DNA of 64,000 nucleotides from an uncultured bacterium (GTDB lineage Bacteria; Omnitrophota; Omnitrophia; Omnitrophales; Abzuiibacteriaceae): NCBI GenBank assembly GCA_964387845.1, contig CAYLXA010000006.1, positions 32,001 to 96,000 of the forward strand, read 5' to 3'. Shown piece by piece: positions 36,152 to 45,253 of this stretch (position 1 is its first letter; each line of letters starts with the position of its first letter). The notes under the pieces were generated by a model. It saw only the letters and a program-made list of their open reading frames with translations, ran no database searches and was not told where the DNA came from. The position numbers and the translations under genes were made by a program.

Positions 36152-38371
36152 ATGACCCCGCCGCTCCTGAGTCCGAGCGTTTACACTTTTAGCTGGTATG
36201 CTGTACCGACCTTAATAGTTGCCGCTGTTATTCTCGCGATCGGTAGTTTTGTCCTGAAGCAAAGTTTTAAATCCCAAACGAATCAATCATTTTTCTTGCT
36301 CTGTGCTGCACTTTTTGTGTGGCTGACCGGTTACAGCTGCATCTATATGCTGGACCAAGAAGACATTGCGCTAACAGCTTACCGCTACTACACATTTCTG
36401 GGTGTCGCTTTTATTGGATTTAGTGTTTATTTATTTTCAGTTCTTTGGCTCCAATTATGGGAGAAACAAAAATATTTTGTCATTTTTTCTTTCATGCTTT
36501 CAGCGTTCTTCTATATCGCTGCCTGGACAACCGACTGGGTTGTGCCGAGCATTGATCAATATTTTTGGGGTTTCTACTCACATTACGGGCCGCTCGGCAT
36601 CGTTTTTTTTGCAACGTTTGTGGCTTTTTTCTTTATCGCCTTTTTTAATTTTATTTACCGGCTCCGCAATCCGATTCCGAGTGTTCAAAAAAGCCAGATC
36701 AAGGCAGTTCTGCTCTCATTTTGCGTTGCCCTAACCGGCGCCTTTGATTTTGTTCCCAAAATGGTCCATGTCTCGCTATACCCGTTTGGATATCTTTCTG
36801 CGCTGCTGTGGATTTTGATCATGGCGTATGCCATTGTGAAGTACAAAGTGATGGATATCCAAACGGTTATTCATAAAACACTGCTGTGGCTTGCAACGTC
36901 TGTGATTTTCTTGGCGCCAATCGCACTCGTGTCTTATGCGGCCTGGGGCTGGCTGAGCCAGCTGTCGGCTGCATGGTTTGCATTAATCACATTTTGCTTT
37001 GTTGTGGCTTTCGTTCCGTACGTCCGTTTTGTGCAGCCTTACATTGATCAATGGTTCGAGCGCCGAAGCTGGAATTTAAACCAAGTGATCAAGCAGTTTA
37101 ATGATGAGCTCATTCATCTAAAAACCATAGAGGACCTTTCCAATCACATTCTACAAACCATTAAAAGAACCATTTACCCCGCAGATTTGGATCTTTTGCT
37201 TTGGGATGAGGGCGGCAAGGAATCCTTAGTATTTACGGGCGATGCGAAGGCGGTCAAGTATGATGCGAGGAAGTTTCACGATTTTTTCCGCTTCTTAGAA
37301 TCATACGATGCCGTCATTCTAGAGGATTATATTGAAATTGATCCGCGCCTTGAAGCTGCCAGGGGGCCGGCGCGCCATTATTTTTCCGCAACCCAAGGAA
37401 TTGTTTGTGTGCCGGTCGTTCTCAATGAAAAGCTGATAGGCGTCATCAATTTACGGCAAAAGGCGAATCTTAAAAATTACTCGCGGGAAGAAATAAGGTT
37501 TCTGTCTGATTTGCGCGGCAGCGCTACGATTGCTATTTCAAATTCACTGCGCCTGATCGCGATGCAGGCAAATCTCAGGCGGTGGAACGAGGAGCTTGAA
37601 AAGCAGGTTGAGGAACGCACCCGAGAGTTGAAAGATGCGCAGGGAAAATTGATTCAAGCGGAAAAATTAGCCACCATCGGAACTTTGGCGGGCGGTGTGG
37701 CGCATGAAATCAACAACCCATTGGCTGCTATTTTGACAAATGCGCAAATGTTACTGTCTGAAAAAATGGACCCTGCGTCTATGGAAAGCCTTCAGTTAAT
37801 TGAAGAAGCGGCGGAAAGATGCCGAATTATAGTGCAAAAGCTCATGAAATACTCCCGAAAATCGCCTCAGGGAGAGTCGTTTGAATCGGTTGATCTCAAT
37901 GAAGCTACCGAACAGACAATCGCTTTGCTGCAGTATCAATTAGAGCAAGACAACGTAAAACTGGTCAAAAAGTTAAATGCAAGAGGAGCCGTGCAGGGAA
38001 ATGCAAACGAATTGTCGCAGGTGCTGACCAATTTAATATTGAATGCGCGTGATGCGCTTCGAAACCGTCCGGATGCCGTTATTGAGGTGCGTACTTTTGA
38101 GAAAGACGGCAAAACCATTGTGGAAGTAGAAGATAACGGAGAGGGGATTCCCAAAGAAATCCTCTCGAAAATTTTTGACCCGTTTTTCACGACGAAAGAT
38201 GTGGGAAAAGGAACAGGTCTCGGGCTTTCAATTGTGCAAGGTATCGTAGAAAAACACAATGCCCAAATCGAAGTGAAGTCGAAAGTTGGATCGGGCACCG
38301 TGATGACCGTTATTTTTTCAAAACAAAACGCAAAATCAAAAAATGCTCAAACCGAACATAGCAACCGCTGA
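36152..38371 (+). CDS. sensor histidine kinase: N-terminal 7TM receptor-like membrane domain, GAF-like domain, HisKA, HATPase_c
   Basis: About 7 TM helices in the first 300 aa. H-box HEINNPLAAILTNAQML. N/G boxes LILNARDA, EVEDNGEGIPKE, GKGTGLGLSIV. Confidence 0.85.
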   Translation: MTPPLLSPSVYTFSWYAVPTLIVAAVILAIGSFVLKQSFKSQTNQSFFLLCAALFVWLTGYSCIYMLDQEDIALTAYRYYTFLGVAFIGFSVYLFSVLWLQLWEKQKYFVIFSFMLSAFFYIAAWTTDWVVPSIDQYFWGFYSHYGPLGIVFFATFVAFFFIAFFNFIYRLRNPIPSVQKSQIKAVLLSFCVALTGAFDFVPKMVHVSLYPFGYLSALLWILIMAYAIVKYKVMDIQTVIHKTLLWLATSVIFLAPIALVSYAAWGWLSQLSAAWFALITFCFVVAFVPYVRFVQPYIDQWFERRSWNLNQVIKQFNDELIHLKTIEDLSNHILQTIKRTIYPADLDLLLWDEGGKESLVFTGDAKAVKYDARKFHDFFRFLESYDAVILEDYIEIDPRLEAARGPARHYFSATQGIVCVPVVLNEKLIGVINLRQKANLKNYSREEIRFLSDLRGSATIAISNSLRLIAMQANLRRWNEELEKQVEERTRELKDAQGKLIQAEKLATIGTLAGGVAHEINNPLAAILTNAQMLLSEKMDPASMESLQLIEEAAERCRIIVQKLMKYSRKSPQGESFESVDLNEATEQTIALLQYQLEQDNVKLVKKLNARGAVQGNANELSQVLTNLILNARDALRNRPDAVIEVRTFEKDGKTIVEVEDNGEGIPKEILSKIFDPFFTTKDVGKGTGLGLSIVQGIVEKHNAQIEVKSKVGSGTVMTVIFSKQNAKSKNAQTEHSNR

Positions 38372-38378
38372 TTAAGCC

Positions 38379-40688
38379 ATGATCCATCAAGAAGCTTTGG
38401 GAATTGCGAATGCGTTCATCTGCCTGATGGCAGCCGGGCTTGTGTTTGCCAAAGACCGTTACGGCCGCCTGAACCAGGCGTTTCTGATTTTTTCTTCCAG
38501 CTTAGCGCTTTGGCTGGTGCTGCAGCTTTTTTGGACTTACCACTTAGCAGAAGGTAGTGCGCCGCTCAATTTAGCATGGACGCAAGTCGTTTACATTTTT
38601 TCGCTTGTGATTGCAGCGTCCTTCATTGAGTTTTTGCTGTATTTAATCGATGACGAAGAGTCTTTCGCTTTACCCCGGACTTTAAACGTTTTGATCGGAA
38701 CCGTACCGGCTCTTATTTCGCTGGTTCCGGGTGTTTATGCAACCGTATCCCAACATCCGCTGTTTCAAGTTTTTTATCACCATTGGCCATCCCTATACCC
38801 ATCGACCAACTGGTTTATTGCCAATTTTATGTTTGCACAAGTTTGGATGTTGTTGGCCATTCTGAGGAAGCGCTATGCCATGACAAAGCGCAGGATCGGA
38901 TTTGTGCTGATGGCAACTTTTCTGGGATTTATCGGTATGGTAGTGAATCCGGTTGCGCCTGTTTCACAGTTATTGTTGTGCGTTTTTGTGATTACCATGA
39001 CCTACGCGATTATCAATTATAAGTTGATGGTCATTGAATCGATGGTGCGCAAGCTGACCGTTTTTCTGTTTATGTTTTTGTATGTGTTTATTGTTTTTGG
39101 AAGTGTCTCTTTGGTGCTTCAATCCGGCCTCACGATGGACAATTACGAGCGCTGGTTATGGGCGACCGTATCAAGTGTTTTTTTAATTGTTTTGACGTTT
39201 GATGCGGTCAAGCATTGGATGGCTTATATTACCGACCGCTTTTTGTTTCAAACCAGTTTTGATTATCAAAAACTTCTGCGCGATGCGTCAAAGGGCATGT
39301 CGCGTATCAAGAGCTTTAACCATCTTTGCTCACTCGTGGTTCACTTCATCACAATGCGGATGCTGGTCCGGAATGCCGGCATGCTGACGCGCCATCACGG
39401 GACAGACCGTTTTTATTTAAGCCACCGGCGCGGCTATGAGGCGCCGCCGCTTTTGGAAGCAATTGACGCAAACGACCCGTTTATCCGTTTCCTCGAAAAT
39501 GAGCGCGAGCCGATTGACATTGATCATGTGAATGAATGGCTGCAGGACCGCAACAAAAAGCGCGAGAAAGGCATCCGGCCGAAGCGCGATTATGATTATA
39601 AAGTCATTAAAAACCGGATGGCGATTTTGCGCGCCTCCGCATGTATCCCAAGCTTTTTGGGTGACGAACTGAGAAACGTTTTGATTCTCGGGGAGAAAAA
39701 ATCCGGAGATTATTTCACAGTCAGTGACCTGGACGTGCTTTTTACGCTTGCGCAGGAAGCGGCCATCGCAATTGAAAACGCGCGCCTCTATGATGAAGCG
39801 GTTACAAAATCCGCAGAGTTAACCGGTATCAACAAGCAGTTAGAAATTGCACAATCGAAATTGATTCGCGCACTCAACGAAACCGAAATGACAAACAAGC
39901 GGCTTCAGGATACGCAAGCACAGCTGATTCACGAGCAAAAAATGGCAACGCTCGGGCGCCTGGCATCGTCGGTCGGCCATGAAGTGAACAATCCGCTGAC
40001 GATTTTGTCGATGAATGTAAGCCGCGCGATTTTGAAATACCGCAAAGATCCCAATTTACGCGTTTCGGAAATTTTGGATGTGTTCCAGAAAATGGAGCAG
40101 AACGTCGGGCGCATCAAAGCGGTTGTGAATACGCTCACGGGCCTTCTCAAGAAATCCGAAAAAGGAAAATTTGAACCGCTTTCGCTTAAGTTGATTTTAG
40201 AAGAAACGCTGCCGCTTGTGCAATTCCAGACCTATTTAGATAATTTGACCGGGACGGATGTCGAATTCGATATTCCGGGCAATATCCCGCTGGTTCGAGG
40301 GGATTTGGAGCGCCTTCAGGAGGTTTTCCTTAATTTATTTATCAATGCTTATCACGCCATGGCAGGAAAACGTGACCGACGGATCAAAGTAACGGCCAAG
40401 CAGCATGAATCGAATCCGAACATGGTTCTAATCGAATTTTCCGATAATGGCTGCGGGATGTCGGAAGATGTGATGAATAAAATATTCAATTATGGTTTTA
40501 CCACCAAACCGGTCGGCAAAGGTTCCGGGATGGGGCTTTACATGTGCCGCTATATTATTGAATTGCATGGCGGCGAAATTAAGGTTGTCAGTAAGTCCGG
40601 CGAAGGCACGACATTTGTCATACTTCTGCCGGTCTATGAGGAAGAGTCCGGCATTGTAGGCGAAGAATCGAAGCGAGAGAAGCGCTGA
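38379..40688 (+). CDS. sensor histidine kinase, paralog of the preceding gene (7TM membrane domain, GAF-like, HisKA, HATPase_c)
   Basis: Same architecture as the preceding gene. H-box HEVNNPLTILSMNVS. FSDNGCGMSEDV, GKGSGMGLYMC. Confidence 0.85.
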   Translation: MIHQEALGIANAFICLMAAGLVFAKDRYGRLNQAFLIFSSSLALWLVLQLFWTYHLAEGSAPLNLAWTQVVYIFSLVIAASFIEFLLYLIDDEESFALPRTLNVLIGTVPALISLVPGVYATVSQHPLFQVFYHHWPSLYPSTNWFIANFMFAQVWMLLAILRKRYAMTKRRIGFVLMATFLGFIGMVVNPVAPVSQLLLCVFVITMTYAIINYKLMVIESMVRKLTVFLFMFLYVFIVFGSVSLVLQSGLTMDNYERWLWATVSSVFLIVLTFDAVKHWMAYITDRFLFQTSFDYQKLLRDASKGMSRIKSFNHLCSLVVHFITMRMLVRNAGMLTRHHGTDRFYLSHRRGYEAPPLLEAIDANDPFIRFLENEREPIDIDHVNEWLQDRNKKREKGIRPKRDYDYKVIKNRMAILRASACIPSFLGDELRNVLILGEKKSGDYFTVSDLDVLFTLAQEAAIAIENARLYDEAVTKSAELTGINKQLEIAQSKLIRALNETEMTNKRLQDTQAQLIHEQKMATLGRLASSVGHEVNNPLTILSMNVSRAILKYRKDPNLRVSEILDVFQKMEQNVGRIKAVVNTLTGLLKKSEKGKFEPLSLKLILEETLPLVQFQTYLDNLTGTDVEFDIPGNIPLVRGDLERLQEVFLNLFINAYHAMAGKRDRRIKVTAKQHESNPNMVLIEFSDNGCGMSEDVMNKIFNYGFTTKPVGKGSGMGLYMCRYIIELHGGEIKVVSKSGEGTTFVILLPVYEEESGIVGEESKREKR

Positions 40689-40693
40689 GCGGC

Positions 40694-41080
40694 ATGGATA
40701 AGAGCGATACTCGAAAAATATTGGTTGTGGATGACGAAACTGAAATCGTCGACCAGGTGAAGGAATATTTTGAAAGCGAAGGCTTCGCCGTAATGACTGC
40801 CGAAACCGGCGATGCAGGCATCAAACTGATTACCAAAGAGTTTCCTGATATTCTGATTCTTGATATGAAATTACCCGACATGTCCGGCCTGTTGGTATTG
40901 AAGTACGCCAAAGCCCAGAGTCCAAAGACAAAAGTGATTGTCATGACCGGTTATATCGACCAAGTCATGTTTGACCAAGCGGAGGAGCTTGGCCGCGACG
41001 CATTTTTACAAAAGCCATTTGACCTTGAGCGATTGAAGTTTGAGGTCGATAAATTAGGGACAGTTGAAGAGGAAGAATAA
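40694..41080 (+). CDS. single-domain response regulator (CheY-like receiver only)
   Basis: KILVVDDETEI...PDILILDMKLPDMSG...KVIVMTGY. Confidence 0.8.
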   Translation: MDKSDTRKILVVDDETEIVDQVKEYFESEGFAVMTAETGDAGIKLITKEFPDILILDMKLPDMSGLLVLKYAKAQSPKTKVIVMTGYIDQVMFDQAEELGRDAFLQKPFDLERLKFEVDKLGTVEEEE

Positions 41081-41082
41081 AG

Positions 41083-41811
41083 ATGCCAAAACGCAAAATT
41101 CTAGTCGGGGATGACAGGGACCTATCGATCGGGTTCTTATCCGATTTCTTTTCGGAAACCAAATCTATTCCTATTTTTGCCAAATCGAAAGAGGATGTCG
41201 AAGAAGGGCTGAGCTTGATGAACCCGGACCTGGTTTTTATGCGCATCGATTGGATGGACGAAGCGCTCGGTTCTAAACTTGCCAAATACCGGAAAGACAA
41301 ACCGCAGACTAAATTTTTCAGCTTGGGATATTCGAAGAACGAATATTTTAAATGGGAAAATCAATTTGAAGTACCCTTAGAGCTTAAAGCATTCCGCAAG
41401 ACCTTGCTGGGCGAGCTTCAATTTCCGCCGCTGATTAAACTTCTCGTGATTGACGATGAAAAAGGAATCGGCGAGCTTTTCAAAGATTTCTTCGAACTTC
41501 GGAAAGATCCGCCGTTTCAGGTTGATTTTGCGCTTGACGGCCTGGAAGGCTTTAAAAAGATCGAAACTTTTAAGCCCGATTGCCTGATTCTGGATATCAA
41601 AATGCCGATCCGGAGCGGGATTGAAGTCTACAGAGATCTTCGAAAATCCCAGCGCGACATTCCTACCATTATTTTTATCGATGCCACTTCGGCTGACGAA
41701 ATTTCGGAGATGCGGAAAATAGGCAATCCGGTTTTTGTCGAAAAAAGCGGCTCCGAAAGTTCGATGCCCGAAATGCTGGCCCTTATTAAAAAAATGGTCT
41801 ATTTCGCATAA
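41083..41811 (+). CDS. response regulator with a degenerate N-terminal receiver-like domain and a canonical C-terminal receiver domain; no output domain
   Basis: C-terminal REC: KLLVIDDEKGIGE...PDCLILDIKMPIRSG...PTIIFIDA. The N-terminal half is REC-like but divergent. Confidence 0.65.
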   Translation: MPKRKILVGDDRDLSIGFLSDFFSETKSIPIFAKSKEDVEEGLSLMNPDLVFMRIDWMDEALGSKLAKYRKDKPQTKFFSLGYSKNEYFKWENQFEVPLELKAFRKTLLGELQFPPLIKLLVIDDEKGIGELFKDFFELRKDPPFQVDFALDGLEGFKKIETFKPDCLILDIKMPIRSGIEVYRDLRKSQRDIPTIIFIDATSADEISEMRKIGNPVFVEKSGSESSMPEMLALIKKMVYFA

Positions 41812-41885
41812 TTTCTTGAGTATTTTCCTTTAAATTAGGATATAATGCCCCCTCAATTAAATTCACCGGGGCGAATTACCTTTCC

Positions 41886-43712
41886 ATGAAGCCAACTAAC
41901 ATTTTGGGCATTTCTGCTTATTACCATGATAGTGCCGCCTGTCTTGTCCAGGACGGTAAGATTGTTGCGGCGGCGCAAGAGGAACGTTTCACACGGAAAA
42001 AACACGACCACGAGTTTCCCGCAAATGCTATTGAATATTGTCTCAAGGAAGGCGGTATCGATGCGAATCAAATTGATATCGTTACTTTTTACGATAAACC
42101 TTTTGTGAAGTTTGAACGGCTGCTTCAAACGTATCTTGCTTACGCACCTCAGGGCATCGCATCATTTATAAAGGCAATACCGCTTTGGATTAAGCAAAAG
42201 CTTTGGATTCGGGAATTAATTCGCGAAAGGCTTAATTTTACAGGCAAGGTATTATTCCCGGAACATCATGAATCTCACGCCGCTTCGGCATTTTATGCCT
42301 CACCTTACGAAGAAGCCGCATTTCTGACCATGGATGGAGTCGGCGAGTGGGCGACGACCAGTTATGGAGTTGGGAAAGGAAATCAAATCAAAATCTGGTC
42401 TGAAATTCATTTCCCGCATTCTATAGGCCTTTTGTATTCGGCATTTACTTATCATTTGGGTTTTAAGGTCAATTCTGGTGAATACAAAGTCATGGGGCTG
42501 GCACCTTACGGTGAGCCAAAATACAAAGATATCATTCTTTCTAAATTGATCGACTTAAAGGAAGATGGTTCTTTTAAAATGGACATGCAGTATTTTAATT
42601 ATTGCGCGGGCTTGACGATGACGAATGCCAAGTTCGATAGATTATTCGACGAGCCCCGCCGAAAGCCCGAATCAAAATTAACACAAAAGCACATGGATTT
42701 AGCGCGTTCTGTCCAGGAAGTGACCGAGGAAGCCATGCTCCGGATCACACGCCATGTTCACCGCGAAACCAAGCAGGAGAATCTTTGTCTGGCCGGCGGT
42801 GTTGCGCTCAACTGTGTCGGAAATGGCCGCGTATTGCGAGAGGGGCCGTTTAAGAATATTTGGATTCAGCCCGCAGCCGGTGATGCGGGTGGAGCGCTGG
42901 GAGCTGCTTTATTAGTTTGGCATCAATATTTGGAGAATCCGCGCATGATTAGCTCCAATCGAGATGTGCAGAACGGTTCTTATCTGGGTCCCGATTTTGA
43001 CCGGAATGAAATCAAGGATTATCTGGAGGAAAATCAAATTCCCAATACTGAATTAACCAATGCGGAATTAACGAACCGTGTTTCGGACTTGATTGCGGAA
43101 GGGAATGTGATCGGCTGGTTTCAAGGCAGGATGGAATTCGGCCCCCGCGCTCTTGGGAACCGCTCTATTTTGGGAGATGCGCGGTCTCCAGAGATGCAGG
43201 AAAAAATGAATTTAAAAATTAAATTTCGCGAAAGTTTTCGTCCTTTTGCACCGGCTGTAACGGAAGAAAGAGTTTCGGACTTTTTTGATATTGACCGTGA
43301 AAGCCCTTACATGCTTTTGGTTGCTCCCGTAAAGTCAGAGATTAGAAAAGAAATGACGGATGAGGAGAAGCGGCTTTTCGGAATTCAGAAATTGAATATT
43401 GCGCGCTCTGCAATCCCTGCGGTAACGCACGTCGATTATTCCGCACGCATCCAGACGGTCAGCCCTGACGTGAATCCGATATTTTACGATCTTCTCAAGC
43501 AGTTTGATAAAAAGCACCGCTGTCCGGTTCTTATTAATACATCATTTAATGTCAGGGGAGAACCCATTGTTTGCACGCCCGCAGATGCTTATCGCTGTTT
43601 TATGAGAACAAACATGGATTATCTGGTCCTCGGTAACTTTCTAATCAACAAGCAGGATCAAAAGCCGCTGGAAAAGGACACCAATTGGCTTCGCGAGTTT
43701 GAGCTGGATTAA
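41886..43712 (+). CDS. carbamoyltransferase of the NodU/CmcH/TobZ family (O-carbamoyltransferase)
   Basis: Diagnostic N-terminus ILGISAYYHDSAACLVQDGKIVAAAQEERFTRKKHDHEFP. Family-typical length (608 aa) and C-terminal YrdC/Kae1-like region. Confidence 0.9.
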   Translation: MKPTNILGISAYYHDSAACLVQDGKIVAAAQEERFTRKKHDHEFPANAIEYCLKEGGIDANQIDIVTFYDKPFVKFERLLQTYLAYAPQGIASFIKAIPLWIKQKLWIRELIRERLNFTGKVLFPEHHESHAASAFYASPYEEAAFLTMDGVGEWATTSYGVGKGNQIKIWSEIHFPHSIGLLYSAFTYHLGFKVNSGEYKVMGLAPYGEPKYKDIILSKLIDLKEDGSFKMDMQYFNYCAGLTMTNAKFDRLFDEPRRKPESKLTQKHMDLARSVQEVTEEAMLRITRHVHRETKQENLCLAGGVALNCVGNGRVLREGPFKNIWIQPAAGDAGGALGAALLVWHQYLENPRMISSNRDVQNGSYLGPDFDRNEIKDYLEENQIPNTELTNAELTNRVSDLIAEGNVIGWFQGRMEFGPRALGNRSILGDARSPEMQEKMNLKIKFRESFRPFAPAVTEERVSDFFDIDRESPYMLLVAPVKSEIRKEMTDEEKRLFGIQKLNIARSAIPAVTHVDYSARIQTVSPDVNPIFYDLLKQFDKKHRCPVLINTSFNVRGEPIVCTPADAYRCFMRTNMDYLVLGNFLINKQDQKPLEKDTNWLREFELD

Positions 43713-43713
43713 T

Positions 43714-44139
43714 ATGGAATTCACAATCCTAAAGGAAATCCGCGAAATTAAAAGCACCCGAAAAGAACTGCGTGATTTCGGCATTGTGATGGGCGTTGCT
43801 TTTTTGCTCATTGCCGGGTTTATATATTGGAAGTCTGCCAAGCTTAACTTGGTCATTTTCGCATTATCCGCTATTTTTGCTTTGTTGGGTGTGGCAGCAC
43901 CCGGTGTTCTAAAACCAATCCAAAAGGTATGGATGAGCATTGCCGTTGTAATGGGATGGATGGTTTCGCGCGTTATATTGTTCGTTCTTTTTTATGCTGT
44001 GCTAACGCCGATCAGCGTTTTGGCCAAGTTGTTTGGAGAAAGTTTTTTGGATTTAAAGATGAATGACGGGAAGGCTACTTATTGGGTTGATCGACGAACC
44101 AAGGAATTTCAAAAAAAACAGTACGAAAGGCAGTTTTAA
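43714..44139 (+). CDS. SxtJ-like small membrane protein (conserved partner of O-carbamoyltransferase genes)
   Basis: 141 aa with 3 TM segments. It starts 2 nt after the carbamoyltransferase stop. Its composition and position match the sxtJ-type gene found downstream of sxtI-like carbamoyltransferases. Confidence 0.5.
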   Translation: MEFTILKEIREIKSTRKELRDFGIVMGVAFLLIAGFIYWKSAKLNLVIFALSAIFALLGVAAPGVLKPIQKVWMSIAVVMGWMVSRVILFVLFYAVLTPISVLAKLFGESFLDLKMNDGKATYWVDRRTKEFQKKQYERQF

Positions 44140-44149
44140 AGGAGGCGTC

Positions 44150-44308
44150 ATGAGTAAATTATCTATTTTGTCGGAATTCTGGGATTTTCTGAAAGAAAGA
44201 AAAAAGTGGTGGCTGACGCCTATCGTTATTTTTTTGGTTCTGTTTGGCGCATTGTTATTTTTTGCGCAAGGATCCGCGGTTGCTCCGTTTATCTACACAT
44301 TGTTTTAA
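44150..44308 (+). CDS. SxtK-like (DUF5989-type) small single-TM protein
   Basis: 52 aa: MSKLSILSEFWDFLKERKKWWLTPIVIFLVLFGALLFFAQGSAVAPFIYTLF, the characteristic ...KKxWLxP...GSAVAPFIYTLF signature. RBS aaaggagg lies 4 nt upstream of the ATG. Confidence 0.6.
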   Translation: MSKLSILSEFWDFLKERKKWWLTPIVIFLVLFGALLFFAQGSAVAPFIYTLF

Positions 44309-44326
44309 GAGGCGCATGATTTTGCA

Positions 44327-44791
44327 ATGAATTCAGCGATTATAAAACAAAGCCAAATTCGAGATGTAAAATTTGGAAAGAGCGTGACCGTCATTCAACC
44401 CGTCAATTTATACGAGTGCGAAATCGGCGACGATGCTTTTGTGGGCCCATTTGTGGAAATTCAAAAGGGTGTCAAAATCGGAAAAAGAACCCGGGTTCAA
44501 TCGCATGCGTTCATTTGCGAGTTGGTGACAATCGGCGATGATTGCTTTGTTTCGCATGGCGCCATGTTTATTAATGATACTTTTGGGGAGGGCGCTCCCG
44601 AGCGTGACCCGCAAAAATGGAAAAAAACAACGATTGGCAATCACGTTTCGATCGGAACCAACGCAACGATCATGCCGGTAAAAATCGCTGATAGCGTTGT
44701 AATCGGCGCGGGTTCTGTAGTCACTAAGGATATCCTAGAGCCCGGTATCTACGCCGGAAATCCTGCAAAGAAAATCAGGAGCATAAAGTAA
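44327..44791 (+). CDS. hexapeptide-repeat (left-handed beta-helix) acyl/acetyltransferase
   Basis: Imperfect [LIV]-G-x4 hexapeptide repeats throughout (IGDDAFVGPFVEI..., IGKRTRV..., IGDDCFVSHGAMF..., IGNHVSIGTNATI..., IGAGSVV...). Confidence 0.7.
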   Translation: MNSAIIKQSQIRDVKFGKSVTVIQPVNLYECEIGDDAFVGPFVEIQKGVKIGKRTRVQSHAFICELVTIGDDCFVSHGAMFINDTFGEGAPERDPQKWKKTTIGNHVSIGTNATIMPVKIADSVVIGAGSVVTKDILEPGIYAGNPAKKIRSIK

Positions 44792-44795
44792 TTTC

Positions 44796-45224
44796 GTGAA
44801 CGACCAAATTCCGGAAGGCCTTAGACCTGCCTGCAAAATTTTAATCATCGATGACGAAGAAGCGGTCGGCGAGTTTCTGTCGGATGCGCTGATTAACTAT
44901 GCTAAAGGGACGCGCTACGAAGTCCGCTACGCTCAGAACGGGGAAGCGGCGCTTAAAATATCAAATGAATTCGAGCCGGATGTGGCGATCGTCGATATCA
45001 AAATGCAGCATATGTGGGGCGATGAGTTGATCCGCCGTTTTCAAGCCGGCGAAGCGCATACGCCGAAGGATTTTGTGATTTTTACGGGCACCAACACCGA
45101 TGAATTCCGCACGAAAGCAGCCAACGCCGGCTACACGTTTCTTACCAAATCGGCCCACATGGAAGACATTTTCGAAGCAGTTAAGAAGATCTGCATCAAG
45201 CACAACCTTCTGGAAAAAATCTAG
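44796..45224 (+). CDS. single-domain response regulator (receiver only), GTG start
   Basis: KILIIDDEEAVGEF...PDVAIVDIKMQHMWGDEL...FVIFTG. Confidence 0.7.
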   Translation: MNDQIPEGLRPACKILIIDDEEAVGEFLSDALINYAKGTRYEVRYAQNGEAALKISNEFEPDVAIVDIKMQHMWGDELIRRFQAGEAHTPKDFVIFTGTNTDEFRTKAANAGYTFLTKSAHMEDIFEAVKKICIKHNLLEKI

Positions 45225-45253
45225 TTATCCTTTACCGCTCATCCCTTACACCG

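Noticed and set aside
41886..44308. Possibility that the carbamoyltransferase/SxtJ/SxtK trio marks a saxitoxin-like toxin gene cluster
   Set aside because: No SxtA-like PKS/aminotransferase, amidinotransferase, SxtB/SxtC or other core paralytic-shellfish-toxin genes are present anywhere in the 64 kb. The trio is known to occur outside toxin clusters.
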